DNA from: Candidatus Micrarchaeota archaeon | GTDB lineage: Archaea > Micrarchaeota > Micrarchaeia > Anstonellales > Bilamarchaeaceae | Direction of reading: 5' to 3' | NCBI GenBank assembly: GCA_043827025.1 | Contig: JBDRPL010000025.1 | Span: 1 to 58,810 of the forward strand | DNA: 58,810 nt | Shown here: positions 1 through 10,290 of the stretch, one piece after another | How positions within the stretch are numbered: position 1 is the first letter of the stretch | Layout of the letters: each line of letters opens with the position of its first letter | Made by a program: the position numbers and the translations under genes | Notes under the pieces: model-generated | Told to the model about the DNA's origin: nothing | The model's database searches: none | Seen by the model: the letters and a program-made list of their open reading frames with translations, nothing else

Positions 1-632
1 AGGAAGTTCTGCCTCACTCTTTCTAGGAACTCTTTATCAGCTTCGTGCCTGTCTAGTTGTTTTTGCCTCTTTTTCCTTTCGAATGAGATTGAAGATGGAA
101 TATCAAGCAGAATTACCTTGTTCGGCTTGATGAATTGTCTATTGTCTATATCGCGTTCTATGGAATTGATTCCAAGTGACATGGATCTGGCAATTGTTTC
201 TGTAACCAATTTCGGAGCTCTTTTTGCGAATTCGGCATCATTCCCGAAATTCGCCTTTCCCATCGTCCTTGCGTTGTGAATCCTTGCAATTCCAGAACCT
301 ATCTTTTCTGCCTGATAAGCTATTGTAGAAAATACATATCTATCAACAATTACAAGGCCTTTTTTTGAAGCTTCAGCAAGCTTCTTCTGTTCGGCATATA
401 TGTCATCAAGGAAAAGTCTCATAATTTCCATTCCTTCCTTGTCAAGGAACATATTTTCGTTGCCTTGTTTGTTTGCTCCACTGCTCCACCTACCTTTTTT
501 CTCAAGATAATCCTTTATCTCCTGGTTGTCCTTTGTAGGATACTTGAAATACTCGAATTTCATTTCTTTCCTGAGCAATTCGATCTGTGTGTCCTTCCCG
601 CATCCGTCAATTCCTTCTATCACGACAATCAT
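1..632 (-). CDS. tmk: Thymidylate (dTMP) kinase, 3' end truncated by the window edge
   Basis: Not in the ORF track; translated by hand from ATG at 632: MIVVIEGIDGCGKDTQ (P-loop) ... VIVDRYVFSTIAYQ ... PNKVILLDI, open to position 1. Confidence 0.9.
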   Translation of the reverse strand, partial: MIVVIEGIDGCGKDTQIELLRKEMKFEYFKYPTKDNQEIKDYLEKKGRWSSGANKQGNENMFLDKEGMEIMRLFLDDIYAEQKKLAEASKKGLVIVDRYVFSTIAYQAEKIGSGIARIHNARTMGKANFGNDAEFAKRAPKLVTETIARSMSLGINSIERDIDNRQFIKPNKVILLDIPSSISFERKKRQKQLDRHEADKEFLERVRQNF

Positions 633-705
633 TTTCCTTCCCTACCCTTTGTCCACTTATATCATTATAAATGTTGGACATGTGAATTTTAAAGAGGACG
701 CAAAA

Positions 706-1614
706 ATGAAAAAAGAAACTCCAATGGGTGAGCTTGGCAGGGCATTCATTGCCACATTTGCAGTATTCCTAATTCAGATTCTTGGTTGGTATTTTTCCAA
801 CAGCCTTGCACTTCTTGGAGATACGTTCCATGTTTTTTCAGATGTCATAGCAATAGGGGCTTCAATATGCGCGATGTGGATAGCGATGAGGCCTCCTAGC
901 AGCAGGCGTACATTCGGCTTCCACAGGATCGAGGTTTTTGTAGCCCTTTTCAACGGCATTCTGCTTGTGCTTATGGCCATTTTGATAGCATTCGAGGCCT
1001 TCCAGAGATTCGGCACTACCTATGAAATAAACAGCATACCCATGCTCCTGACTTCGCTGGTAGGCCTTGCAGGCAATCTTTATGTTGTTTATCACCTTCA
1101 GCATGAAGAGAACCTCAATACAAGGAGTGCGTTCATGCATGCCGCAGGAGACGCGCTTTCTTCAATTGGAGTATTCATCGGTGCAATCATAATTCTAGTG
1201 ACAGGTTTGTTTGTTGTTGATATTGTCATCAGCATTTTGATTTCAGGCATAATACTCTTCAGCGCATATTCGCTTCTTCGCACCTCATTGTCAATTTTGC
1301 TTGAATCTGCTCCCTATGGAGTATCTACTGATAAAATCACCACTGCAGTATTGTCAGTCAAGGGAGTGAAAGGGGTTCATGACGTGCACATATGGCGCAC
1401 ATGCAGTGAATTCGTATTCATCATGATGCATGTGGAAACAGATAATGTAAAGCTTATCCATACACGGACAATATCTCAGGAAATAGAGCATAAATTAAAC
1501 CATGAATTCAATATCTTGCATGCCACAATACAATTCGAGCCCTACGGGTGCAGTTGCCAAAGCCAGAACATGTGCCACCTGCTGGAGCATAAAAAGAAAG
1601 CGCATAGGCACTAG
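706..1614 (+). CDS. Cation diffusion facilitator (CzcD/ZitB-like Zn/Co/Cd transporter)
   Basis: SLALLGDTFH, TFGFHRIE, SAFMHAAGD, VHDVHIW and HATIQFE motifs. Start moved to ATG 706 because the longer ORF overlaps tmk. Confidence 0.9.
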   Translation: MKKETPMGELGRAFIATFAVFLIQILGWYFSNSLALLGDTFHVFSDVIAIGASICAMWIAMRPPSSRRTFGFHRIEVFVALFNGILLVLMAILIAFEAFQRFGTTYEINSIPMLLTSLVGLAGNLYVVYHLQHEENLNTRSAFMHAAGDALSSIGVFIGAIIILVTGLFVVDIVISILISGIILFSAYSLLRTSLSILLESAPYGVSTDKITTAVLSVKGVKGVHDVHIWRTCSEFVFIMMHVETDNVKLIHTRTISQEIEHKLNHEFNILHATIQFEPYGCSCQSQNMCHLLEHKKKAHRH

Positions 1615-1696
1615 TTCTCCTGCGGTTTTGAGTCTTGTGTTCAGGGTCTTGTATGCTAAGATTAAGAATTTCCAGTGTCTCATTTTATTGATCAAA

Positions 1697-1819
1697 ATGT
1701 GTAAAAAAGAAGAAAAATTAACAAAGGAAACTTTGGCAAAAATTGAACTTGCAAGATTAGAACACATGCATAGAAAAGGTATGGGTACAGATGAACTATT
1801 CAAAATCCTCCAAATTTGA
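1697..1819 (+). CDS. Possible 40-aa antitoxin-like small protein
   Basis: MCKKEEKLTKETLAKIELARLEHMHRKGMGTDELFKILQI resembles the C-terminal part of archaeal RelB-type antitoxins; no adjacent toxin. Confidence 0.3.
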   Translation: MCKKEEKLTKETLAKIELARLEHMHRKGMGTDELFKILQI

Positions 1820-1886
1820 TACAATTAAAAACCGTTAGTTTCAATATATCTATCCAGTGCCGAATCAAGGGTGCTGGAGAATAATA

Positions 1887-2777
1887 ATGGATCTAATTTC
1901 TATACGTGATGTGGAGAAAAGGCAGATAGAGGAGATATTGTCTCTTGCTGAAAAGATGGAGAATAAGCGAACAAAGGATTTTGAAGGAAAGAATATTGCA
2001 ACCTTATTTTTTGAGCCTTCTACGAGAACAAAGCTCTCGTTCCAGAGTGCAGCCCAAAGGCTGGGAATGCAGGTCATTGATTTCCTGACGGAAACGACCT
2101 CACTGAAGAAAGGCGAATCATTCACAGACACAATAAAGACAGTAAACGGCTATGCTGATTTGATGGTTGTACGCCACCCTGTTGAAGGTTCGTCAAGGCT
2201 TGCTGCCCAGGTTTCAACTGTTCCGATTGTAAATGGCGGCGACGGCGCAAACCAGCACCCGACCCAAACCCTCATTGACCTTTACACCATAAAGAAATTC
2301 AAAGGAAAGATAAAGGATTTACATGTTGCAGTCATGGGTGATTTGAAGCATGCAAGAACTATGCACTCATTGATATATGCATTGGCCATGTTTGGTGCCA
2401 AGATAAAACTGATTTGTCCAAAGGGTTTGGAGTTGGAGGATAGCCATTTGAACGAAATAAATCAGAAGTTCAATGTAGAACTGAAGCACACCAATGAAAT
2501 TGATTTCAAAGATGTTGACGTATTGTATGCATGCAGAATCCAAAAAGAAAGGTTCGCTGACCCATACGAAGCCAACAGCGTTCAAGCCAAGTTCAAAATA
2601 ACCATGGACCACCTCAAAGGAGTGAAGGACGACTTTATAATTTTGCACCCTCTTCCAAAAGTGAATGAGATTGATCCGGCGATTGATGATACTAAATACG
2701 CAAAGTATTTCGAACAGGCGCATTTGGGCGTGCCGGTAAGGATGGCTGTGATTACATATTTAATGAATAGCAGGTGA
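1887..2777 (+). CDS. pyrB: Aspartate carbamoyltransferase catalytic subunit
   Basis: FFEPSTRT, NGGDG..QHPTQ, HPLP motifs. Confidence 0.97.
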   Translation: MDLISIRDVEKRQIEEILSLAEKMENKRTKDFEGKNIATLFFEPSTRTKLSFQSAAQRLGMQVIDFLTETTSLKKGESFTDTIKTVNGYADLMVVRHPVEGSSRLAAQVSTVPIVNGGDGANQHPTQTLIDLYTIKKFKGKIKDLHVAVMGDLKHARTMHSLIYALAMFGAKIKLICPKGLELEDSHLNEINQKFNVELKHTNEIDFKDVDVLYACRIQKERFADPYEANSVQAKFKITMDHLKGVKDDFIILHPLPKVNEIDPAIDDTKYAKYFEQAHLGVPVRMAVITYLMNSR

Positions 2778-2781
2778 TGTT

Positions 2782-3216
2782 ATGTTGAATGTTGACACAA
2801 TAGATAATGGGACTGTGATAGACCACATAAAATCCGGAAAGGGAAAGAAGGTTCTTGAGATACTTGGGATTACTGAGGACTACCAGCATAGGGTGGCTTT
2901 AGTGATGAATGTGACAAGCAAGAGGCTTGGCAAGAAGGACATTGTAAAAATCGAAGGAAAGAAAGTATCAGACCCTACTGCTAACCTCATCTGCCTAATT
3001 TCCCCTGATTCTACTATAAATCAGATTGAGAACGGAAAGGTCGTGAGCAAATACAATGTAAAGATGCCTTCTTCCTTGACAGGGGTTGGCAAATGCGCAA
3101 ATCCAAATTGCATAACCAATTCGGAGAATGTGAAGACTAGTTTCACAAGGAAGGACAACATGCTTTTCTGCACTTTCTGCGAAAGGCTATTCAAGGCTGA
3201 GGAATTAGCGAAATAA
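2782..3216 (+). CDS. pyrI: Aspartate carbamoyltransferase regulatory subunit
   Basis: GTVIDHI, KKDIVKIE, CxNPNC and CxFC Zn ligands; directly follows pyrB. Confidence 0.96.
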   Translation: MLNVDTIDNGTVIDHIKSGKGKKVLEILGITEDYQHRVALVMNVTSKRLGKKDIVKIEGKKVSDPTANLICLISPDSTINQIENGKVVSKYNVKMPSSLTGVGKCANPNCITNSENVKTSFTRKDNMLFCTFCERLFKAEELAK

Positions 3217-3266
3217 TCTGTGAAGAATAGTGCAGATTATAAATTCTTTCTTCCTTTACTTTATTC

Positions 3267-4088
3267 ATGTCCAAATATCTATTTAGTCCCAATTGTTCAG
3301 ATTTTGGAAAGCCTAATATTGAGTTCAAGACATTCCCTGATGGCGACCTTTATATTCGCATTTTAGAGAGGGAAGAGCCTGATTTTCTTGTGCATAGACT
3401 ATATCCAAAGCAGAATGATTCACTAATTCAAGCAATTCTTCTTTTGAATGGGATAAAGAAGGCAATTGGAAAGGAAGTCGAGATGATCGTTCCTTATCTT
3501 TCGTATTGCAGGCAGGACAAGACCTTCCTAGAAGGTGAAGTGGAAAGCGCAAAAATAATCTGCAAGCTATTGAAGGACGCGGGCGTAAAAAAATTGACAA
3601 CATTTGACTGCCACTTCCTCAAGAAGGAAGGTGAATTCGATTACAATGGCCTGAAGATAAAAAACATTTCAATGAGCAAGGCGCTTATTGCGCATGCGAA
3701 GGAGAAGTTCGGCGAACTTGAAGTCATCTCGCCAGACCAGGGCTCAAGCTATATGGTTGGCAAAGGAAAAAGTATGACAAAGGAAAGGGGCGAGTATATA
3801 GGAGGCAGTGAAGCATACCGCCAAATCAAAGAAATGAAGTTCGATTTTGATGTCAAAGGGAAGAATGTGCTCATATTAGATGATATGATTGCTTCAGGAA
3901 GCACAATGATAAATGCAGTTGAGAACATAAAGAAGGCAGGTGCGAAGAAAGTCATTTGCGCAGCGACACATGGTTTCTTCCTCAAGGATTCTTTTGAGAA
4001 GCTTTCGAAGCTTTCAGACTACTTCTTCGTAAGCGACTCCATTAAGTCAGATGCGTCAAAGGTAAGCATATGGCCCCATCTCAAATAG
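3267..4088 (+). CDS. prs: Ribose-phosphate pyrophosphokinase
   Basis: FPDGD, PYLSYCRQDK, ILDDMIASGST PRPP-binding loop, ATHG. Confidence 0.92.
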   Translation: MSKYLFSPNCSDFGKPNIEFKTFPDGDLYIRILEREEPDFLVHRLYPKQNDSLIQAILLLNGIKKAIGKEVEMIVPYLSYCRQDKTFLEGEVESAKIICKLLKDAGVKKLTTFDCHFLKKEGEFDYNGLKIKNISMSKALIAHAKEKFGELEVISPDQGSSYMVGKGKSMTKERGEYIGGSEAYRQIKEMKFDFDVKGKNVLILDDMIASGSTMINAVENIKKAGAKKVICAATHGFFLKDSFEKLSKLSDYFFVSDSIKSDASKVSIWPHLK

Positions 4089-4528
4089 ACATATACCAGA
4101 AAGTAGTCGAGATTTTTTCCATAAACGGCGAAATCCACTCTTCCGTCTCTTTTCTGAGCAAGAACGAACTCATGCTGATGCTTGCCAAAAGAAATGAAAT
4201 CATGAGAGGGATAGGCTTCATGAATGGCAATTTCCTTCTTATTGGTGGCAACATAGAATTATTTGAGGATGCTACACAGGAAAATGTCATTGAAAATACG
4301 AATCTGGTGATGGCAGTACTCGCCCCTTTGCTTTATGAAATAATAAAGAATCGCACAAAACAGTATCCGGACTTCCTGATAATCGTGAATGCAAGCGGAA
4401 GGCATGATTTTCTAAAGGGGCTGGTGAGCCTTGTACATTCGAATGCTGCCATATTCGACAAGCTGGACAGCATAATAAAATCAATTGACCTGATTGGCGA
4501 GATAATGAAAATGAGGGCCTACTTCTAG
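4070..4528 (+). CDS. Hypothetical protein
   Basis: 152-aa ORF filling the gap; no recognisable motif. Confidence 0.5.
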   Translation: MAPSQIDIYQKVVEIFSINGEIHSSVSFLSKNELMLMLAKRNEIMRGIGFMNGNFLLIGGNIELFEDATQENVIENTNLVMAVLAPLLYEIIKNRTKQYPDFLIIVNASGRHDFLKGLVSLVHSNAAIFDKLDSIIKSIDLIGEIMKMRAYF

Positions 4529-4582
4529 GAATGAAATTCTGATAAAATAATAAAAATAATAAAAAAATAGAAAAAGATCCGC

Positions 4583-5242
4583 CTATATCTTTTTCATTAC
4601 TTTCAGCAGGACAAGTATCAAACCAACTAATCCTACAAGGCCAGCAACTATCATCGTCGTGTTCACGATCTTGGATTCCACAACTATTTTGTCTGTGGTT
4701 GATCCTGCGAACATATCCAGAAGGTCGAATGTTGCTTTACTGCCTGTTTTGTTCATTGCGCCTTCTGCCAAGATTACCTCGCCAGGCATTTCAACAGTGT
4801 AGGTCATTTCAACGCCCATGGATTTCAATTGGGCAATCTGCTCTTTTCCTTCTGCAGTATTAAGCGAGCTTGGATCCATGCCTGAAGTACTGCCGCCAGT
4901 TGCGCTTGCAGTCTTTGACAATTCGCTGAAATCTATCTCGAACCTGTACTTGTTTTCAATCAGTCCATTCTCAGCAGTAAATTTGTATTTTGTCGCATCT
5001 CCCTTTTGTGTCATTGTCATTACTCCGTCTGCATAGTTGCATGTTGTTTCCGGAGGCATCTCCTGTGTTTCACAAGGGTTAGTAGTAGCAGCGTCTGGGC
5101 TGAGTTCAATCAGTTTTTTCATATCCATGACCACGGTGACCATGGAAGATCCATCAGTTTCCAATTTTTGCGTTATGTTCATCTTAACGCATCCGAATAG
5201 CATAAGCAGTATTACTGCAAATATCAGCATCAATTTTCTCAT
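4583..5242 (-). CDS. Exported, membrane-anchored protein (LppM-like)
   Basis: N-terminal signal ending LFGC, 'YTVEMPGEV' LppM-like segment, C-terminal TM helix with KK tail. Confidence 0.65.
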   Translation of the reverse strand: MRKLMLIFAVILLMLFGCVKMNITQKLETDGSSMVTVVMDMKKLIELSPDAATTNPCETQEMPPETTCNYADGVMTMTQKGDATKYKFTAENGLIENKYRFEIDFSELSKTASATGGSTSGMDPSSLNTAEGKEQIAQLKSMGVEMTYTVEMPGEVILAEGAMNKTGSKATFDLLDMFAGSTTDKIVVESKIVNTTMIVAGLVGLVGLILVLLKVMKKI

Positions 5243-5321
5243 AGTTTCACCTTTTCATCATTATCTCATATTTGATTTATGTATCTCTTTATCTGCCATA
5301 TTCACTATAATCAATATAATC

Positions 5322-6689
5322 CTATGTTTTGGCGTCTTCGGCCATTTTCTTATACTTCTCAACAAGTTTCTTTGCCTTTTCTCTTGTTTTCGCTTCTGCA
5401 AACACCCTGATGTAATTTTCTGTTCCAGATGGCCTTATAATCACCCAGGCATCCTCAAAATCGATTCTCACGCCATCTATAGTATTGATCTTTTCTGTTG
5501 CCGTTTCCTTTACCTTCCTCATTATTTTTTCCTTTTGTTCCTTGTTTGCAGAGATCTTCATCTTTTCATTGTGGTAGGCAGGAACCTCTTTCAGCCATTC
5601 GCTTAATTTCTTTTCGCCAAGAGCCTCTACCAACTTTGCCGCTGTCAGAAAGCCGTCTTTTGCAAGGCTGACTTCAGGCCATATCACTCCCCCTACCTCT
5701 TCACCACCAAGAACTGCACCTCCTTTTGCCATCTCTTCTGAAAGGTATGGAGCGCCTATTTTTGTGTAGATGATTTCACATTTGTTTTTCTTTGCAATAT
5801 CTTCTATTGCCTTTGAAGTCGCAACTGTGGTGATAACAGAACCTTTCTTTTCCCTTAGTTTCAGGATCTCGGCAATTGCGAATACCTTGTCTCCGATTAT
5901 GAATTCGCCCTTTTCATCCACGAATATGACTCTGTCGCCATCTCCATCCCATGCGATTCCGCAGTCATATTCGCCTCTCTTCATTATCGCGATAAGTTCC
6001 TGGACATTTGTTTCGCTTGGCTCAGATGGACGTCCTGGGAAACTGCCGTCAATATGTGAATTGATGGATGTTATTTCGCATCCGAGATCTCGAAATAGTT
6101 GCGGAGCTATGGTTGCAGCCATTCCATTTCCATAATCCAGAAGGAGTTTCTTGCCTTTGGTCTTGTTTTTGTCAACGTTCTTGAGAATGGCTTTAACATG
6201 GTCTTTCACTGCATTTTCATATTTTTCAATTGTGCCGGATTCAACCCTTGTGCTGGTATTAGGCGTTTTGCCGTCAATGTACTCTTCTATCTCCTCTCCG
6301 CGCTCTTTTGAAACCGAGACCTCGTTTCCATCCATTACTTTCAATCCATTATATTCCGGAGGGTTGTGCGACGCAGTGATTATCACAAGAGCGCCTGGCT
6401 TCATTTTCCTTACCATAAACTCGGCAGTTGGTGTGGATATCATTCCCAAATCAATGACAGGGCAACCAACACCTGTAAGTCCGTCGATTACCTGCGCTTT
6501 GAGTATGGGTCCAGTCTTTCTTGCGTCCATTGCAATCAGTACGTTTTTGATTGGTGCTGAGATGCGTCTGCAATTGTCTTTTTTCCAGCATAAGGCATAG
6601 CCGATCCCAGTTGCTGCTTTGTATGCAAGCTCTGGAGTCAACTCATCTATCTTTCCGCGAATTCCGTTAGTTCCAAAGTATTTTGCCAT
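5322..6689 (-). CDS. glmM: Phosphoglucosamine mutase / phosphomannomutase family
   Basis: FGTNGIRG, TASHNP catalytic Ser, DGDGDR metal loop, RPSGTE. Confidence 0.88.
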   Translation of the reverse strand: MAKYFGTNGIRGKIDELTPELAYKAATGIGYALCWKKDNCRRISAPIKNVLIAMDARKTGPILKAQVIDGLTGVGCPVIDLGMISTPTAEFMVRKMKPGALVIITASHNPPEYNGLKVMDGNEVSVSKERGEEIEEYIDGKTPNTSTRVESGTIEKYENAVKDHVKAILKNVDKNKTKGKKLLLDYGNGMAATIAPQLFRDLGCEITSINSHIDGSFPGRPSEPSETNVQELIAIMKRGEYDCGIAWDGDGDRVIFVDEKGEFIIGDKVFAIAEILKLREKKGSVITTVATSKAIEDIAKKNKCEIIYTKIGAPYLSEEMAKGGAVLGGEEVGGVIWPEVSLAKDGFLTAAKLVEALGEKKLSEWLKEVPAYHNEKMKISANKEQKEKIMRKVKETATEKINTIDGVRIDFEDAWVIIRPSGTENYIRVFAEAKTREKAKKLVEKYKKMAEDAKT

Positions 6690-6708
6690 TTGTTTATCAC
6701 CTGCGTGT

Positions 6709-7644
6709 TTATTTCTGTTTGGAAATCCACTCTATTGTTTCCTTTAGTCCGTCTTCAAGCGAATATTCGGCTTTGAATCCAAGCTCTTTTTTTGCCTTGT
6801 TCATATCTGCATATGATTCTCTAATATCTCCTGTGCGTTCATGTTCCATGATCGAAAGCGTTTTCTTTTTCATGACCTTGCCGATACTGTCAAGCAAATC
6901 ATTTATCGAAGTAGGCTTTCCAGTTGCAACATTGAATGTTCCGCTGCTTGCTTTCTTTTCCATTGCGATAAGATTAGCATTTGCAACGTCCTTTACGAAT
7001 ATGAAATCCCTTGTCTGGTTTCCATCCCCATAGACAATTGGTTTCTCGCCTTTTGCAAGCGTGGTTATGAATTTGGTGATGACTCCTGAATATTCAGATT
7101 GTGGATTTTGCCTTGGCCCGTAAACATTGAAGTATCGCAGACACGTGGTAGGAAGCTTATCTTTCTTCCTATATTCTTCGCACAGCATTTCTCCAATCCT
7201 TTTGGAATTTGCATAGGGCGATGTCGCTACTTTGGCAAGCATATTCTCCTTTTTAGGGAGGCCTGGATCATTGCCATAGACTGCAGCAGATGATGCGAAT
7301 ATGAATCTCTTGACCTTATTGTTTACGGCTGCATTCAACAGCAGTTTAGTGCCACGGATGTTGATTTCCCAGGTAGTGCCAGGCTTCTTCATTGACTCGG
7401 GGACAGATACAAACGCAGCCTCATGGAAAACATATTCAATGCCTTTCATTACTTCGTCTACTGTTTCTTTCTTTGTTATAGTTCCCTCAACCAATTCGAT
7501 TTTCTTCCCAATTGCCTTGACGTTCTCTTTGGAACCACTTGAGAAATCGTCTATCACTCTGACCTCATGGCCTTTTTCAATAAGCAGTTCACAGATATGG
7601 CTTCCGACAAACCCTGCTCCGCCAGTAACTAGACATTTGGACAT
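6709..7644 (-). CDS. NAD-dependent nucleotide-sugar epimerase/dehydratase (extended SDR)
   Basis: TGGAGFVGS, YxxSK, RYFNVYGP. Confidence 0.92.
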   Translation of the reverse strand: MSKCLVTGGAGFVGSHICELLIEKGHEVRVIDDFSSGSKENVKAIGKKIELVEGTITKKETVDEVMKGIEYVFHEAAFVSVPESMKKPGTTWEINIRGTKLLLNAAVNNKVKRFIFASSAAVYGNDPGLPKKENMLAKVATSPYANSKRIGEMLCEEYRKKDKLPTTCLRYFNVYGPRQNPQSEYSGVITKFITTLAKGEKPIVYGDGNQTRDFIFVKDVANANLIAMEKKASSGTFNVATGKPTSINDLLDSIGKVMKKKTLSIMEHERTGDIRESYADMNKAKKELGFKAEYSLEDGLKETIEWISKQK

Positions 7645-7674
7645 ATCTGCCTTTCTCCGTTTTTGCCTTTAAAT

Positions 7675-8757
7675 CTACCGTTTTATTACCTGCACAATAT
7701 CCTCATCAAGCAGGACATGGTTCAATCCAACTCTTTGGCCAGGATGCTTGGCGCTCTTTCCCCAGACCAATCCGTACCTGAAGTTCTTTCTTAGGTCTCT
7801 GTGGAGAAGATTGCAGATCTCTGCAACATTCGTCCCTGCACGAACCACCATTGGTTCGTCATCAAGTTCTTCGCCTTTTCTCTTGGTATAAACCCTAATA
7901 AGCTTCAATTTTTCATAAATCATGTCCTTTACTGCATCCAGGTTCTTGCCTATGTTTGCTATGACAGGTATGCTCTCTTTTGGGAATTTCTCAAGCTGTT
8001 TTGCGTCAACAGTGTCAGTCTTGTTTATGACGTATATTGCTGGAATATACACACGATTTCCTTCAAGTACATCTATAAGTTCGTCAACACCGCCATCATC
8101 CCTGAAAATAACGTCTGCATTAAAATAATCATAGGTATTCAAAACCGAAACTATCTCATCCTTGGATATTTTTGTAAGCGGAAGAGTTGAATCTATAATT
8201 ATGCCATTCTTATCCGTCTTGGAAACAAAGATGTTTGGCGGTTTTTTATTGATTCTTATGCCAAATCCTTCCAACTCTCTTTCAATGCTTGCCTGTTGTT
8301 CCGGATGGGCAGCATCCAATATTGCTACTATCAAATCAGTGCTTCTTGCAACTGCAATCACTTCCCTTCCACGCCCTCTTCCGTCTTTTGCACCTTCAAC
8401 TATTCCTGGAAGGTCAAGAATTTGTATTTTTGCTCCATTATATTCCATCATCCCCGGAATACAAGTAAGGGTTGTGAATGCATAGGCTGCGACCTGGCTT
8501 TCTGCATTGGTTATCTTTGTGAGTATTGTGCTTTTTCCTACGCTTGGGAAACCTATCAATGCCACTGAGGCATCGCCTGTCTTCTTGACATCGAATCCTC
8601 CGCTTCCCCCGCCGCCCCCGCCGCTGCCGCTTATGAGCTTGGCCCTGAGCTGGGCAAGTTTTGCCCTTAGGATTCCGAGATGCCTTTCAGTAGCCTTGTT
8701 CTTTTGAGTCTTGAACATCTCGTCTTCTATCTCTTTTATCTTTTCTTGAATACCCAT
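7675..8757 (-). CDS. DRG-family (OBG) GTPase with TGS domain
   Basis: GFPSVGKST, YAFTT, DLPG, NKTD, WGKSAKHPGQRVG. Confidence 0.95.
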   Translation of the reverse strand: MGIQEKIKEIEDEMFKTQKNKATERHLGILRAKLAQLRAKLISGSGGGGGGSGGFDVKKTGDASVALIGFPSVGKSTILTKITNAESQVAAYAFTTLTCIPGMMEYNGAKIQILDLPGIVEGAKDGRGRGREVIAVARSTDLIVAILDAAHPEQQASIERELEGFGIRINKKPPNIFVSKTDKNGIIIDSTLPLTKISKDEIVSVLNTYDYFNADVIFRDDGGVDELIDVLEGNRVYIPAIYVINKTDTVDAKQLEKFPKESIPVIANIGKNLDAVKDMIYEKLKLIRVYTKRKGEELDDEPMVVRAGTNVAEICNLLHRDLRKNFRYGLVWGKSAKHPGQRVGLNHVLLDEDIVQVIKR

Positions 8758-10223
8758 TATTTATACAACTCTCCTAATCTGTCAAAAAGTTCCTTTTCAT
8801 TTGACGCCACAAGGATAAAACCATGTTTCCTAAGTTTTATAAAATCCGTTGATTTAAGAGATTGGGTAGCGGCTTCAGCAACTTCGCTTGTACCGTATTC
8901 AAATGGCCCGATTTCTTCAATTTTCAAGCCCTTGTTATCCATCAACTTGTTGTCATGGAAATGCAGGACAATATTCACGCCATTTAGTTTGCAATATATT
9001 TCGTAGTGCATCCTTGCTTCGGACGATGGAGTTCCGTTTGCAAACACCTCATTGCCCCCTATTTTTGTCACAAGAACAACATCCTCTTCTTTCATGTTCG
9101 TGAGTTTCGAGCCGGTTTTCTTTATAACGAATGAATTGCCAACACTGCATCGAATGCTCAAGTTGCCCTCATTCTCTTTTGGATCAAAAAATTGGGAAAG
9201 CTTTTCGCTTATCCCAACTATTTTCGCAACATCCGTACCCTCAGCCTTTTGGTCCTCATGAATAATTTGGAATTTGACTCCCACGTACTGTTCAGCATCT
9301 TTTATTTCTTCTATTTTTTTATGGATTCCGTATTCAGTCACATAGGCAGTTACATATTTCGCAGGAGTCACGTCAAAAGCAGGATTTTCAGCCCGTGTCC
9401 ATTTTGGATAAATCCTTTTGCCATGAACCTCAAGCACTTCTTTTTCATCCCTTTGCTCTATTTTTATCTCATCTCCGCTCTTTATACTGAAGTCAAAAGT
9501 TGACATCGGAGCAAGAACATAGAATGGAATGTTGTTTTCCTTTGCCAGCACTGCAACTGAATAAGTGCCTATCTTGTTTGCAACATCTCCGTTTGCAGTT
9601 ATCCTGTCAGCACCAACAAAAACAGCACATATCATTTTTCTTTTCATGAATGAGCCTGCTGAATTGTCAGTTATCACTGTATGAGGTACTTTATTTTCAA
9701 TCAATTCCCAGCTCGTTAGCGCACCTTGGAATCTTGGCCTTGTCTCATCAACATATGCAAATACCTTTTTTGTTTTGGACGCCTGGAGTATTGCGCCAAG
9801 TGCCGTTCCATATTCGCCTGTTGCAAGCGGCCCTGCATTGCAGTGTGTCAAAACAGAAGCGCCGTCTTTTACAAGCGAAGCACCATTCTCTGAGATTCTT
9901 CTGCATTTATCAATTATTCTCTGCTCCCAGACTTTAGCTCCTTCTAGCCTGTTGCCATAGTTAATCACGAATTCAACTGCGTGCTTCAGATCAACAGCAG
10001 TGGGCCTTGCATTCCTTATCGCCTCTATTTCTTTGTCATCTTTTGCAATTGCAGTGGCCCAGGCTCCGACAAGTCCGATTGCAGGAGCTCCACGCACCCG
10101 CATCTCCTTTATTGCGTGTACGGCATCCATGGCATTTCCACATACAAAATATTCTTTCTTGAATGGAAGAAGCGTCTGGTCAATGATCCTTATCTTGCCA
10201 TCTATGAATTCTACTGATTTCAT
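8757..10223 (-). CDS. mtnA: S-methyl-5-thioribose-1-phosphate isomerase fused to a C-terminal class II aldolase/adducin domain
   Basis: N-terminal IDQTLLP, VRGAPAIG, THCN, ETRP, GADRI, NKIGTY, NPAFDVTP. C-terminal EGNLS, PSSE..MH..IY, LHFH, RKHG. Confidence 0.88.
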   Translation of the reverse strand: MKSVEFIDGKIRIIDQTLLPFKKEYFVCGNAMDAVHAIKEMRVRGAPAIGLVGAWATAIAKDDKEIEAIRNARPTAVDLKHAVEFVINYGNRLEGAKVWEQRIIDKCRRISENGASLVKDGASVLTHCNAGPLATGEYGTALGAILQASKTKKVFAYVDETRPRFQGALTSWELIENKVPHTVITDNSAGSFMKRKMICAVFVGADRITANGDVANKIGTYSVAVLAKENNIPFYVLAPMSTFDFSIKSGDEIKIEQRDEKEVLEVHGKRIYPKWTRAENPAFDVTPAKYVTAYVTEYGIHKKIEEIKDAEQYVGVKFQIIHEDQKAEGTDVAKIVGISEKLSQFFDPKENEGNLSIRCSVGNSFVIKKTGSKLTNMKEEDVVLVTKIGGNEVFANGTPSSEARMHYEIYCKLNGVNIVLHFHDNKLMDNKGLKIEEIGPFEYGTSEVAEAATQSLKSTDFIKLRKHGFILVASNEKELFDRLGELYK

Positions 10224-10290
10224 AATCAGGATATTGATGCGTCCGTTATAAATTCCTAACGCTTAAAAGCCTACTCTGAGTTAGTGCTCC

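Noticed and set aside
170..310. Apparent extra segment in Tmk after STIAYQ
   Set aside because: It may be a lineage-specific loop; cannot be judged without an alignment, and it has no intein or mobile-element hallmarks.
526..705. N-terminal extension of the CDF transporter
   Set aside because: It overlaps the divergent tmk gene and the shared promoter region.
8601..8632. GC-rich run inside the DRG gene
   Set aside because: It encodes the normal poly-Gly linker of DRG GTPases.
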